DNA of 64,000 nucleotides from an uncultured beta proteobacterium (lineage in GTDB: Bacteria; Pseudomonadota; Gammaproteobacteria; Burkholderiales; SG8-41): positions 70,086 to 134,085 of the forward strand of contig CAVZWF010000007.1 in NCBI GenBank assembly GCA_963778865.1, written 5' to 3'. Under the pieces are notes generated by a model. It did no database searches. It had not been told where the DNA came from and worked only from the letters and a program-made list of their open reading frames with translations. Positions 51,845-60,707 of this stretch are shown one piece after another. The position numbers and the translations under genes were made by a program. Every line of letters starts with the position of its first letter. Within the stretch, counting starts at the first letter, position 1.

Positions 51845-53605
51845 ATGAACACCATGACCGAAGTCAAGAACCTCGCCGTGCAGTCGGGCAAAGTGCGCAT
51901 GACGCCCAGCGAGGCGTTCGTCGAAACGCTGGTCGCGCAGGGCGTGAAGGACACGTTCGGCATCGTCGGCAGCGCCTACATGGACGCGCACGATCTGTTT
52001 CCGCTCGCCGGCATCCGCTTCATTTCGGTGGCGCACGAGCAGAACGCCGCGCACATGGCCGACGGCTACTCGCGCGTGACCGGCAAGCACGGTGTCTGCA
52101 TCGCGCAGAACGGCCCGGGCATCACCAATTTCGTCACCGGCATCGCCGCCGCGTACTGGGCGCACTCGCCGGTGATCTGCATCACGCCGGAATCGGGCAG
52201 CCTGACGATGGGCCTCGGCGGTTTCCAGGAAACCGAGCAGATGCCGATTTTTTCGAAGATCACGAAGTGGCAGGTGCACGTCAATTCGCCGCTGCGCATG
52301 GCGGAACTCATGCACCGCGCGTTCACCATTGCAATGCACGAGCGCGGGCCGGTGCAGATCAACATACCGCGCGATTACTACTACGGCGAAGGCGATTACG
52401 AAATCCAGGCGCCGCAGAAAATCGAGCGCGGCGCGGGCGGTCCCGACTCGCTCGACGCGGCGGCGCGGTTGCTCGCCAAGGCCAAATTCCCGGTCATACT
52501 GTCCGGCGGCGGCGTGGTGATGGCGAACGGCATCAAGGATTGCGTGGCACTCGCCGAATACCTGACCGCGCCGGTCGTCAACAGCTATCTGCACAACGAT
52601 TCGTTTCCGGCGAGCCACGCGCTGGCGTGCGGGCCACTCGGTTACCAGGGCTCGAAAGCGGCGATGAAGCTCATCTCGCGCGCCGACGTCGTGCTGGCGC
52701 TGGGCTCGCGGTTGGGGCCGTTCGGCACGCTGCCGCAGCACGGCCTCGAGTACTGGCCGAAGAGTGCCAAGATCATCCAGATCGATGCCGATCCGCGCAT
52801 GCTGGGACTGGTGAAAAAAGTTTCGATCGGCATCTGCGGCGATGCGAAGCTCGCGGCGCGCGAGTTGCTGCAGCGCCTGCAGGTGTTCGGCAAGATGGCG
52901 CCGAACAAAGCGCGGCTCGCCGAAGTACGCGCGGAGAAGGATGCGTGGGCGCAGGAACTCGCGAAATGGCCGTCGCCCAACGAGAAAGGCCGCATCGGCC
53001 CGCGCCAGGCACTCGCCGCACTCGCCAAAGCCATGCCGAAAAACGCGATGGTGTCGACCGACATCGGCAACGTGTGCTCGGTGTCGAACAGTTATCTGCA
53101 TTTCGACATGGCGCCGAGTTTCCTCGCCGCGATGAGCTTCGGCAATTGCGGTTATTCGTATCCGGCCGCGATCGGCGCGAAAGTCGGCCGCCCCGACCGT
53201 CCTGCGATCGCCTACGTCGGCGACGGCGCGTGGGGTATGAGTCTCGCCGAAGTGATGACCTGCGTGCGCGAGGACATTCCGGTCGTCGCAGTGGTGTTCA
53301 ACAACGGCCAGTGGGGCGCGGAAAAGAAAAACCAGATCGATTACTTCAACAACCGCTACCTCGGCACCAACCTCGAGAATCCGAATTTCGCGGACGTTGC
53401 AGTGGCGATGGGCGCGAAAGGCATGACCGTCGATCACGTAGACGACATCGGCGACGCGCTGCGGGGCGCCGTGAAGTCGAACAAGCCCACCGTCATCAAC
53501 CTGATGCTCACGCGCGAATTAGGCGACCCGTTCCGCCGCGACGCGTTCCGGCAGCCGAAGCGGCTGCTCTCGAAATACAAGAAGTACAGCGCCAAAGGCG
53601 TGTAA
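51845..53605 (+). CDS. Thiamine-diphosphate enzyme of the acetolactate-synthase superfamily, sulfoacetaldehyde acetyltransferase (Xsc)-like
   Basis: Intact 586-aa ORF with AGGAG RBS. It reads ..MTPSEAFVETLVAQGVKDTFGIVGSAYMDAHDLF..HEQNAAHMADGYSRVTGKHGVCIAQNGPGITNF..GGFQETEQMPIF..INIPRDYYYG..GPLGYQGSKAAMK..VGDGAWGMS... The Xsc assignment is from remembered similarity and was not computed. Confidence 0.6.
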   Translation: MNTMTEVKNLAVQSGKVRMTPSEAFVETLVAQGVKDTFGIVGSAYMDAHDLFPLAGIRFISVAHEQNAAHMADGYSRVTGKHGVCIAQNGPGITNFVTGIAAAYWAHSPVICITPESGSLTMGLGGFQETEQMPIFSKITKWQVHVNSPLRMAELMHRAFTIAMHERGPVQINIPRDYYYGEGDYEIQAPQKIERGAGGPDSLDAAARLLAKAKFPVILSGGGVVMANGIKDCVALAEYLTAPVVNSYLHNDSFPASHALACGPLGYQGSKAAMKLISRADVVLALGSRLGPFGTLPQHGLEYWPKSAKIIQIDADPRMLGLVKKVSIGICGDAKLAARELLQRLQVFGKMAPNKARLAEVRAEKDAWAQELAKWPSPNEKGRIGPRQALAALAKAMPKNAMVSTDIGNVCSVSNSYLHFDMAPSFLAAMSFGNCGYSYPAAIGAKVGRPDRPAIAYVGDGAWGMSLAEVMTCVREDIPVVAVVFNNGQWGAEKKNQIDYFNNRYLGTNLENPNFADVAVAMGAKGMTVDHVDDIGDALRGAVKSNKPTVINLMLTRELGDPFRRDAFRQPKRLLSKYKKYSAKGV

Positions 53606-53630
53606 CGCGAAACGACAAGCGATCAACAAG

Positions 53631-53656
53631 AAGCCGGCTGTAGGCCGGCTTTTTTG
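53631..53656. terminator. Bidirectional Rho-independent terminator between the convergent Xsc-like and TRAP DctM genes
   Basis: AAGCCGGC tgtag GCCGGCTT is a perfect 8-bp stem, followed by TTTTTG on the plus strand. Confidence 0.75.
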
Positions 53657-53678
53657 TTGCTACTTTGCCTGCGCGCGA

Positions 53679-54947
53679 TCAGCGGATCGCCCACAATGAA
53701 ATCTGCGGCACGAATCCGATCAGCGCCGAGACCACTATCATCACGACTACGAACGGAAACGCGTAACGCGCGATGGTCATGATGGGTTGCCCGGTCAGGC
53801 TCGCCACTACAAATAAATTGAGCCCCATCGGCGGCGTGATGAAGCCGAGCCCGAGGGAGGTCACCATGAAGATGCAGAAGTGAATCTGATCCATGCCGAT
53901 TTGTTGCGCGACCGGGTAGAGCAGCGGCGCCAGGATCACGATGTTGGGCGTGGTCTCCATGAACATGCCGGCAATGATGAAGATCAGCAGCATGACCAGA
54001 ATCAGCAGCGTGCGGTCGGTGGTGACGGAAGTGAGCGCGGCGACAAATTGCTGCGGGATTTCGAGTACCGTCAACGCCTGCGCGAACAGGAGCGCCACCG
54101 CGATGATGGGCAGGATCACGCCGTTGACGCGCGCCGAGGTCGCGAGCATCACCGGAAAGTCCTTGAGCGTGATCGTGCGCTGGCACAGGCCCACGATCAA
54201 AGCCATCGCCACCGCCACCGCCGCGGATTCGGTGGGCGTGAATATGCCCGAGTAAATTCCGCCGAGGATGGTGAAAGGCACCGCGATTGCATACTTGGCA
54301 TCGTAGAGCGCCGCGAACCATACCCGCCATGAAAACCGGCGCTGCGAATTCTCGTAACCGTTGATGCGATTCAGCACCGCGTTGGTGAGCATGATGGAAG
54401 CCAGTACGATCAGGCCGGGAATGAACGCGCCGAGAAATAGCGTCGCCGAGGAAATGCCAAGCACGAGGCCGATGATGATATAGGCGATCGACGGTGGAAT
54501 CAGGATACCGGTGCACGCACCCGCCGCCACCAGCGCGCACGCGTACGGCAGCGGATACCCGCGCTCGACTAGCCGGCCCATGGTGATGCGGCCGATGGCG
54601 GCGGCGTCCGCCGCATCCGACCCGGATATGCAGGCGAAAAAGCCGCAGCCCATGACTGTCGAGGTGCCGAGCCCCGAGCGCAGGCTGCCGGCGGTTGCTT
54701 CCGCGAAATCGAGCAGCTTGTAGGCGAGCCTGGAACGCACCATCACGTCGCCGGTCAACACGAAGAGCGGAATCGCGATCAGCGCGAACGAGTCGACATT
54801 GTCGAATAACGCTTCACCGAGCAAAGACAGCGGCAATGCATCGGTGGTCAGCAGCAGCGCGACCGTGCCGAGGCCGAGCACCACCCAGAACGGTACCGAC
54901 AGCGCAAGGAGCACCAGCATGAACGCTACGCACAGTGTTGCTGCCAT
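53679..54947 (-). CDS. TRAP transporter large permease (DctM family)
   Basis: Intact 422-aa polytopic ORF reading ..LFVLTGDVMVRSRLAYKLLDFAEA..GCGFFACISGSDAADAAAIG..FMETTPNIVILAPLLYP... Confidence 0.9.
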   Translation of the reverse strand: MAATLCVAFMLVLLALSVPFWVVLGLGTVALLLTTDALPLSLLGEALFDNVDSFALIAIPLFVLTGDVMVRSRLAYKLLDFAEATAGSLRSGLGTSTVMGCGFFACISGSDAADAAAIGRITMGRLVERGYPLPYACALVAAGACTGILIPPSIAYIIIGLVLGISSATLFLGAFIPGLIVLASIMLTNAVLNRINGYENSQRRFSWRVWFAALYDAKYAIAVPFTILGGIYSGIFTPTESAAVAVAMALIVGLCQRTITLKDFPVMLATSARVNGVILPIIAVALLFAQALTVLEIPQQFVAALTSVTTDRTLLILVMLLIFIIAGMFMETTPNIVILAPLLYPVAQQIGMDQIHFCIFMVTSLGLGFITPPMGLNLFVVASLTGQPIMTIARYAFPFVVVMIVVSALIGFVPQISLWAIR

Positions 54948-55035
54948 CGCGTTATCCCCGCGCAGGCTGCCGCGCGAAGCGCGCGGGCGGCGGCCGTTGG
55001 GCGCCGTGCTGAAGAGCGGACGTTGCCGGCATTCG

Positions 55036-55557
55036 TCAGTCGAACAGCAACGCGCCCTTGAACGCGTCGCGTCCCGCGCGGATGTCCTGGATATCGCGCC
55101 GGATCGATTGCGCGAGACGCCAGATCATCAGGGCGAAGCCGAGCGGCACGGCGCACTCGAACCACGCCTTGCTGATACGCAGCGCGGGTGCCGCCGCGCC
55201 AAACTCGACCACCGTTGAAATCGTAATTACCGACCAGTAGATTGCGATGCACGCGAATATCAGTGTGACCCCGTCGGCGAATATGTAGATGTAGCCGTGC
55301 CAGCGTTTGGGCAAGAGTTGCAGCACCGTGTCGAACCGGATATGCGCGCGCTCCTTGACCGCCTGCGCGGCACCCACCCAGCCCAGGTAGATGAAGGCGT
55401 AGCGCGCGACCTCCTCGCCCCACAGGCTCGAATACTGGAACACGAAGCGCCGCACGACTTCGTTGACGATGACGAATACGACCGTGCAATAAAACACCAG
55501 CATCAGGTAGCGCTCGGCGTCGGCGTCGAGACGCTTAAGCACGTTACCCACCATCAC
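55036..55557 (-). CDS. TRAP transporter small permease (DctQ family)
   Basis: Intact 173-aa ORF with 4 TM segments, reading ..LMLVFYCTVVFVIVNEVVRRFVFQYSSLWGEEVARYAFIYLGWVGAAQAVKERAHIRFD... Confidence 0.85.
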   Translation of the reverse strand: MMVGNVLKRLDADAERYLMLVFYCTVVFVIVNEVVRRFVFQYSSLWGEEVARYAFIYLGWVGAAQAVKERAHIRFDTVLQLLPKRWHGYIYIFADGVTLIFACIAIYWSVITISTVVEFGAAAPALRISKAWFECAVPLGFALMIWRLAQSIRRDIQDIRAGRDAFKGALLFD

Positions 55558-55570
55558 TTTTTTCCCCTTT

Positions 55571-56716
55571 CTAACTTGCCACCGTCAACTTGCCCTTGGT
55601 GTTGGCTGCTGTCTTGAGTTTTTCAAAATTATCGAGCGAGCCGGCAAGTTCCTTCTTGATGTCGTCCCACTCCTTCCTTTGCTCGCCGCACGCGTCGACC
55701 CAGCGTTTCTTCTCGTCGGCGGTGGGGGCGTAGAACTTGCAACCGACTTTGGTGAATTCCTGCACCGACAGCTCGCGCGCCTTGATGATCTGGGCAAACG
55801 ACTGCGCCTGGGTCAGTTCCGCGGCCTCCTCGAACTTGCGCTGCATGTCTTTCGGCAGGCCGTTGAACCAGGGCAGATTGCAGGCAAACATTTGTGCATC
55901 CGATACCGATTCGACCGTCGTGATCGATTCGAGTATGTCGATGAAGCCGAATGTGTAGAGCGCGCCGATGGCCGGATCAAGCGCATCCGCCACGCCTTGT
56001 TTCAACGCGGCCGGCGTCTCGCCCCACGCGACGATGGTCGGATTGGCGCCGGCGAGCTGGTAAAAGCGCCCGAGCAGCTTGGACGGCGGAATACGCATCT
56101 TCACGCCCTTCATGTCATCGGGCGAGCGCACGATCCTGCCGAAGCCCTTGCGCACGGCAATCGTGCGCGGATCCACCGTGTAGTAGAAGAGCGGTTTGTA
56201 GTTCCTGGCGTTGACTTTCGGATTGATCTCGTCGGCCCACGCCTTGGAGGTCACCAGATTCGCGTAGCGTTGATTTTCTCCGCACCAGTACGGGATATTG
56301 ATGAGATCGACCGCCGGCGCGTAGGACGAGAAGTTCGACAGCGACAGCCCGCCGGCATTGACCGTGCCGCCCTGCACTTTCTGCGCGAGCGAGCCGCCGA
56401 TGCCGAGTTGCCCGGCCGGAAAAAGCTTCACGTAGAGCGCGCCCTTGCTCAAGTGCTGCACGTTGTCCTTGAACGCCTCCTGCATGATGGGGTAGCTCAC
56501 GAAGGAGCCCAGCTTGTACTCGGTGGCGAGTATCATGCGGTGCTGGGCCTTGCGCGCGAGGTCCTCCTCGTTCGCGGCGGTCTGGGCAACCGCGGTGTCG
56601 GACCACAGATAGCCGCCGGTGGTGGCGAGGACCGCGGTGGTGTAACCGTAACGCGCGGAAATTTCCAGGAAACGGCGGCGCGCCGGGGACTCGATCGGTT
56701 GATTACGCTTGGACAT
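55571..56716 (-). CDS. TRAP transporter DctP-type substrate-binding protein with twin-arginine signal
   Basis: Intact 381-aa ORF reading MSKRNQPIESPARRRFLEISARYGYTTAVLATTGG.. with the body ..YVKLFPAGQLGIGGSLAQKVQGGTVNAG..MRIPPSKLLGRFYQLAGANPT... Confidence 0.85.
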   Translation of the reverse strand: MSKRNQPIESPARRRFLEISARYGYTTAVLATTGGYLWSDTAVAQTAANEEDLARKAQHRMILATEYKLGSFVSYPIMQEAFKDNVQHLSKGALYVKLFPAGQLGIGGSLAQKVQGGTVNAGGLSLSNFSSYAPAVDLINIPYWCGENQRYANLVTSKAWADEINPKVNARNYKPLFYYTVDPRTIAVRKGFGRIVRSPDDMKGVKMRIPPSKLLGRFYQLAGANPTIVAWGETPAALKQGVADALDPAIGALYTFGFIDILESITTVESVSDAQMFACNLPWFNGLPKDMQRKFEEAAELTQAQSFAQIIKARELSVQEFTKVGCKFYAPTADEKKRWVDACGEQRKEWDDIKKELAGSLDNFEKLKTAANTKGKLTVAS

Positions 56717-56763
56717 TGTTTTCTCCTCGTGAGTGGTAATTATTTTTGCGGCGGGGACTGCGA

Positions 56764-56982
56764 TTATTTTGCTGACCGCGCGGCGGCCTCGTCACGCATG
56801 ATGCCGGTCACGAACAAGACCATTGCGGCGAGCACGCCAAGGAACTCGGCAACGTCGCCCGCGTGCGGCAAATGCCAGCCAAAGGCGACGCTGCTTTTAC
56901 CGATCAATACGTTTGCGGCATACGCGCACAACAGCATGGCGGCGAGTATATAGGCCGGCCGGCCGGGATTATGCGCGCTCAT
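56764..56982 (-). CDS. 72-aa two-helix membrane protein of unknown function, first gene of the TRAP operon
   Basis: MSAHNPGRPAYILAAMLLCAYAANVLIGKSSVAFGWHLPHAGDVAEFLGVLAAMVLFVTGIMRDEAAARSAK has two hydrophobic stretches. It lies 47 bp upstream of dctP-type gene on the same strand. Coding status is supported only by ORF length, hydrophobic pattern and position. Confidence 0.45.
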   Translation of the reverse strand: MSAHNPGRPAYILAAMLLCAYAANVLIGKSSVAFGWHLPHAGDVAEFLGVLAAMVLFVTGIMRDEAAARSAK

Positions 56983-57139
56983 CTCGTTGCCTTGTCATTA
57001 TGCACGGCATATTCAGTTGCGTGGTCTACGCCACGGGTAAGGCATGGCACTTGTCGCCGCCGGCCGCCAGCGTTAACGGGTCTTGCAGTCCGGGTCGCAT
57101 GGTGCGAGCATACTTCAATCTTCCTCCGCTAGTCATGCA

Positions 57140-58165
57140 TTGACCAAACCGGCCACCAAACTCATCGATGTCGCGCGCCTTGCCGGCGTATGCAACGCCA
57201 CCGTGTCGCGCGCGCTGTCGCGGCCCAAGTCGGTCAGCGCGGAAACGCAGGAGCGCGTCGCGGCCGCCGCGTTACAGTTGGGCTATGTCCCCGACGGCGC
57301 GGCACGCGCGCTGCGCGCCCGGCGCACCCTGACGGTCGGCGCAATACTGCCCACGCTCGATAATCTGCTCTACGCCAAGGCGACTCACATGCTGCAGAAG
57401 GCGCTCGATGAGCGTGGTTACACGCTGCTCCTGGCGTGCCACGATTTCGATCTGGGCAACGAAGTCAAAGTCACGCGCTCGCTGATCGAGCGCGGAGTCG
57501 ATGGCGTGGTGCTGATCGGCGCCGAACACGCTGACGAATTGTTCGCGCTGCTTGCCGATTGCGCGATACCCTATGTGCTGACGTGGGCGCTCGATACCTC
57601 CGGGCGGCATCCATGCGTGGGCTTCGACAATCGTGTCGCGGCGATGCGGATCGCGAATTACCTCGCCGATATCGGCCATCGCGAAATCGCGATGATTTCC
57701 GGCGTAGCGGCCGGCAACGACCGCGCGCGCGAGCGGCTTGCGGGCGCGCGCGAGGCGCTCGCCGCGCGTGGCATCCCGCTGGTCCCGCAGCGCGTGGTCG
57801 AAGCACCGTATACGCTGGCCGCGGGGCGCGTGGCGATGCGGGGAATCCTGGCGGCCGCGGTGCGACCGACCGCGGTGATCTGCGCGAACGACGTACTCGC
57901 GATGGGCGCGGTACTCGAATGTCACGCACAAAATCTGTTAGTGCCAGGCGCGGTGTCGGTGACCGGTTTCGACGACATTGAGGCTGCGTCAATTCTGGTG
58001 CCGTCCCTAACTACCGTGCGCGTGCCCATGCGCGAACTGGGCTACGCGGCCGCACAACAGATGCTTGCCCGGCTTAACGGCGAGCCATGCGTAACGATGA
58101 CCGAGCTTGCGGTCGACCTGATCGTGCGCGGCACGACCGCGCCGCCGCACGCCGGCATCCGATGA
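57140..58165 (+). CDS. LacI-family transcriptional regulator 1
   Basis: ORF 57083-58165, with a likely TTG start at 57140 that places the HTH (TKPATKLIDVARLAGVCNATVSRALS) at the N-terminus. It has a periplasmic-binding-fold effector domain. It is divergent from the TRAP operon. Confidence 0.85.
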   Translation: MTKPATKLIDVARLAGVCNATVSRALSRPKSVSAETQERVAAAALQLGYVPDGAARALRARRTLTVGAILPTLDNLLYAKATHMLQKALDERGYTLLLACHDFDLGNEVKVTRSLIERGVDGVVLIGAEHADELFALLADCAIPYVLTWALDTSGRHPCVGFDNRVAAMRIANYLADIGHREIAMISGVAAGNDRARERLAGAREALAARGIPLVPQRVVEAPYTLAAGRVAMRGILAAAVRPTAVICANDVLAMGAVLECHAQNLLVPGAVSVTGFDDIEAASILVPSLTTVRVPMRELGYAAAQQMLARLNGEPCVTMTELAVDLIVRGTTAPPHAGIR

Positions 58166-58245
58166 AAAACGCTTGCGGCGACTATCTGTAGTTGCTACGC
58201 TCGGCGTGGCCAGTACTCGCGCGTTTCATTAGGCAAGCACTCTAA

Positions 58246-59292
58246 GTGAAGACTCCCAGGAAGAACGCGAAGCTTAGCGATGTCGCGCGCGCCGCCCGCG
58301 TATCGACTGCGACGGTGTCGCGCGCGCTGATGCTGCCGCATAAAGTCAAACCCGGCACGCTGGCCCGCGTGCAGGATGCGGTGCGCAGCCTGGGTTACGT
58401 GGCGCATGGTGCCGCGCGCGCGCTCGCCTCGCGCCGCTCCCACACCATAGGCGCGGTGATTCCAACGCTGGACAACGCGATATTCGCGAACACGACACAC
58501 GCTTTGCAGAAGACCTTCGACGCCGCGGGCTACACGCTCTTGCTCGCGTGCCACGAATTCGACGCGGCGGTCGAAGTGCGGCTGACGCGGGCGTTGATCG
58601 AGCGTGGCATTGACGGCCTGGTCCTGCTCGGCACCTCGCACGACCCGCGGCTCTACGCGATGATCGCTCAGCGCCAGATGCCTTACGTGCTGACCTGGGC
58701 GCTGGATGCGAGCGGCGCGCATCCGTGCGTCGGCTTCAACAATCGCGCCGCCGCGCTGCAGCTCACCAACCACCTGCTTGATCTTGGCCATCGCGAATTC
58801 GCGATGATTTCGGGCGTGACCCTTAACAACGAACGCGCGCGCGACCGCTTGCAGGGTGTGCGCGAGGCGCTCGCCGCGCGCGGCATCGAGCTCGCCCCCG
58901 GGCGCGTGATTGAAAAGCCGTATTCGCTCGCGAGCGGACGCGAAGGTCTGCGCACGCTGCTCTCGAACGCGCGCCCGCCAACCGCGGTGATGTGCGGCAA
59001 CGACGTGCTCGCGATCGGCGCCATCGCCGAATGCAATACCCTGGGCATCCCGGTGCCGCAGCGGCTTTCGATCACGGGATTTGACGACATGGAGATCGCG
59101 TCCCTCTTGTCGCCGGGACTCACGACCGTGCATTTCCAGACCCTCGAGCTCGGCCAGCTCGCGGCCTTTCACCTGTTGTCGCAATTATCGGGCACGAGTA
59201 TTGCGCGGCAGCACGAACTGCCCGTGAAACTCATGGTGCGCGGGACGACCGCGCCGCCGGCACGCGCGCAGATGCGCCGCGTGCAGCGCTGA
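58246..59292 (+). CDS. LacI-family transcriptional regulator 2 (tandem paralog)
   Basis: Intact 348-aa ORF reading MKTPRKNAKLSDVARAARVSTATVSRALM... It is colinear with regulator 1 over its whole length (..YTLLLACH.FD..V..TR.LIERG.DG.VL.G..PYVLTWALD.SG.HPCVGF.NR..). Confidence 0.85.
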   Translation: MKTPRKNAKLSDVARAARVSTATVSRALMLPHKVKPGTLARVQDAVRSLGYVAHGAARALASRRSHTIGAVIPTLDNAIFANTTHALQKTFDAAGYTLLLACHEFDAAVEVRLTRALIERGIDGLVLLGTSHDPRLYAMIAQRQMPYVLTWALDASGAHPCVGFNNRAAALQLTNHLLDLGHREFAMISGVTLNNERARDRLQGVREALAARGIELAPGRVIEKPYSLASGREGLRTLLSNARPPTAVMCGNDVLAIGAIAECNTLGIPVPQRLSITGFDDMEIASLLSPGLTTVHFQTLELGQLAAFHLLSQLSGTSIARQHELPVKLMVRGTTAPPARAQMRRVQR

Positions 59293-59298
59293 TCCGCG

Positions 59299-59655
59299 AT
59301 GCCGGCGCGGTTTAGACGCGGCCGAACGGCGCTTGAGCAGTTGCACCTGCCGTTTGAAGACGGCGACATCCGGCAGAATAAAAAGGTGCTGGGCGTCTAC
59401 CGCGATCACAACGCCCATCACGCCGTCGTCTACAAGATCGGCAAGACCCGAATATCGTTCATCGAGATGAAAAAGGGCCGGCTGGTGACGCAGGCGGCTT
59501 CGGACAAGAAATTTTTCGACGTGCGGCGGTTCGAGCGCGTCGAGTACCCGCTCGAACGTGCGGTGGAGAATTTCCTGAAACACGGCGGCGGGGTGTCCGA
59601 CACCGCACGCCGCGCGCTGCTTGCGCTGGTCAAGCGAGTAAGGAGTAAGGAGTGA
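59299..59655 (+). CDS. Hypothetical 118-aa protein, no recognised family
   Basis: ATG 7 nt after the LacI-2 stop. The protein reads MPARFRRGRTALEQLHLPFEDGDIRQNKKVLGVYRDHNAHHAVVYKIGKTRISFIEMKKGRLVTQAASDKKFFDVRRFERVEYPLERAVENFLKHGGG... It is visibly less GC-rich than its neighbours. Its 3' end is the heptad hairpin/terminator. Confidence 0.45.
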   Translation: MPARFRRGRTALEQLHLPFEDGDIRQNKKVLGVYRDHNAHHAVVYKIGKTRISFIEMKKGRLVTQAASDKKFFDVRRFERVEYPLERAVENFLKHGGGVSDTARRALLALVKRVRSKE

Positions 59656-59716
59656 GGAGTAAAGGGTGTTTTCCCATTACCCATTACCCATTACTCATTA
59701 CCGGTTTTTTGTTTTT
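59635..59716 (+). terminator. Heptad-repeat hairpin followed by a T-run (Rho-independent terminator-like, bidirectional stop-codon array)
   Basis: GAGTAAG GAGTAAG GAGTGAG GAGTAAA GGG tgtttt CCC ATTACCC ATTACCC ATTACTC ATTACC, then GGTTTTTTGTTTTT. The arms are imperfectly complementary (about 22 of 30). Confidence 0.65.
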
Positions 59717-59819
59717 CCCTCGCGAGCAGCGCCGCCTTGCGCGCCAATCCCCAGCGGTAGCCGGCGACCCGGCGTGCCATATTAGTCTTGAGCGCGCGTG
59801 CGTTCTATCCGAATGTTGC

Positions 59820-60707
59820 TTAAATTTCCGCGAGCAGGCGGTCGATCAGGATTTCCGCCTGGCGCGCATAGCCGCCGCCGAACAAGTTGAAGTGATTCAG
59901 CACGTGATACAGGTTGTAGAGTTGCTTGCGCACGTCGTAGCCGGCGTCGAGCGGATAGGCGTCGCGGTAGGCGGCGTAGAAGTTGGCGCTGAAGCCGCCG
60001 AAAAATTCGGTCATCGCGAGATCGGCTTCGCGGTGGCCGTAGTAGACGGCCGGATCGAAAATGACAGGCGCGCCCGCGCGGTCGAACCCGGCATTGCCGC
60101 CCCACAGGTCGCCGTGCAGCAATGCGGGCTTGAGGGTTAAACCGCCGAACAGCGCGCCGCAGCCGTGTGCGAGCCGCTCGCCTTTCCTGAGCAACGCCGG
60201 CGGCGCGCCGTTGTTCGCCGCGAGCGCCAGCTGATAACCGAGCCGGCGATCGCGCCAGAACTCGATCCAGTCGCGGCTTTGCGTGTTGATCTGCGGCGTG
60301 GCGCCATGGTGTTGTCGCGCGTCCAGCCGAATTTTCGGTCCGTCACGCGATGCAGCGCGGCAAGCTCTTCGCCGAGCCGCGCCATGCTCCCCGCATGCGC
60401 GTCGCCAAACTCGATGTGCTCGAGCACGAGCCACGCCGTGTCGCGATTCGATCCCCAGCACAACGGCAGCGGGCACGCGAACGGTCGCGGTGGCCGCGAT
60501 CGCGGCGAGGCCCGCGGCTTCGGCTTCGAACATCGCGCGCCGGCCGGCGGAATTGAGTTTGACGAAAAATGCGCGGCCATGGCCCGCGACGCGATAACAC
60601 TGGTTGATGCAGCCGCCGCCGACGGCGGTGCGCGATTCGATCGCAAACGGCGCGCCGGACGCGCCGGCGATGCCGGCGCTGATTTCCGGCCACACCAAAG
60701 CGTTCAC
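59820..60707 (-). pseudogene. Fructosamine/ketosamine-kinase-family phosphotransferase; two compensating frame changes in the middle
   Basis: ORF 59820-60707 has good ends: ..AVGGGCINQCYRV..FFVKLN.. and ..LLHGDLWGGNAGFD..PVIFDPAVYYGHREADLAMTEFFGGF... The middle ..VPLPLCWGSNRDTAWLVLEHIEFGDAHAGSMARLGEELAALHRVTDRKFGWTRDNT.. lies in ORF 60137-60646. Confidence 0.75.

Noticed and set aside
51677-53437. 586-aa minus-strand ORF opposite the Xsc-like gene
   Set aside because: It is a mirror-frame shadow ORF. It shows no family motifs and has Arg/His-rich composition, while the plus-strand ORF has a strong RBS and ThDP-enzyme motifs.
55679-56953. 424-aa plus-strand ORF opposite the TRAP binding-protein gene
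   Set aside because: It is a shadow ORF antisense to an intact DctP-type gene with a Tat signal. Its translation is Arg/Gly/Leu low-complexity.
59635-59662. GTAAGG/GTGAGG/GTGAGT motifs as intron 5' splice-site-like or group II intron boundary sequences
   Set aside because: No intron-encoded protein, domain V/VI-like structure or matching 3' boundary is visible. The motifs are simple heptad repeats at gene ends.
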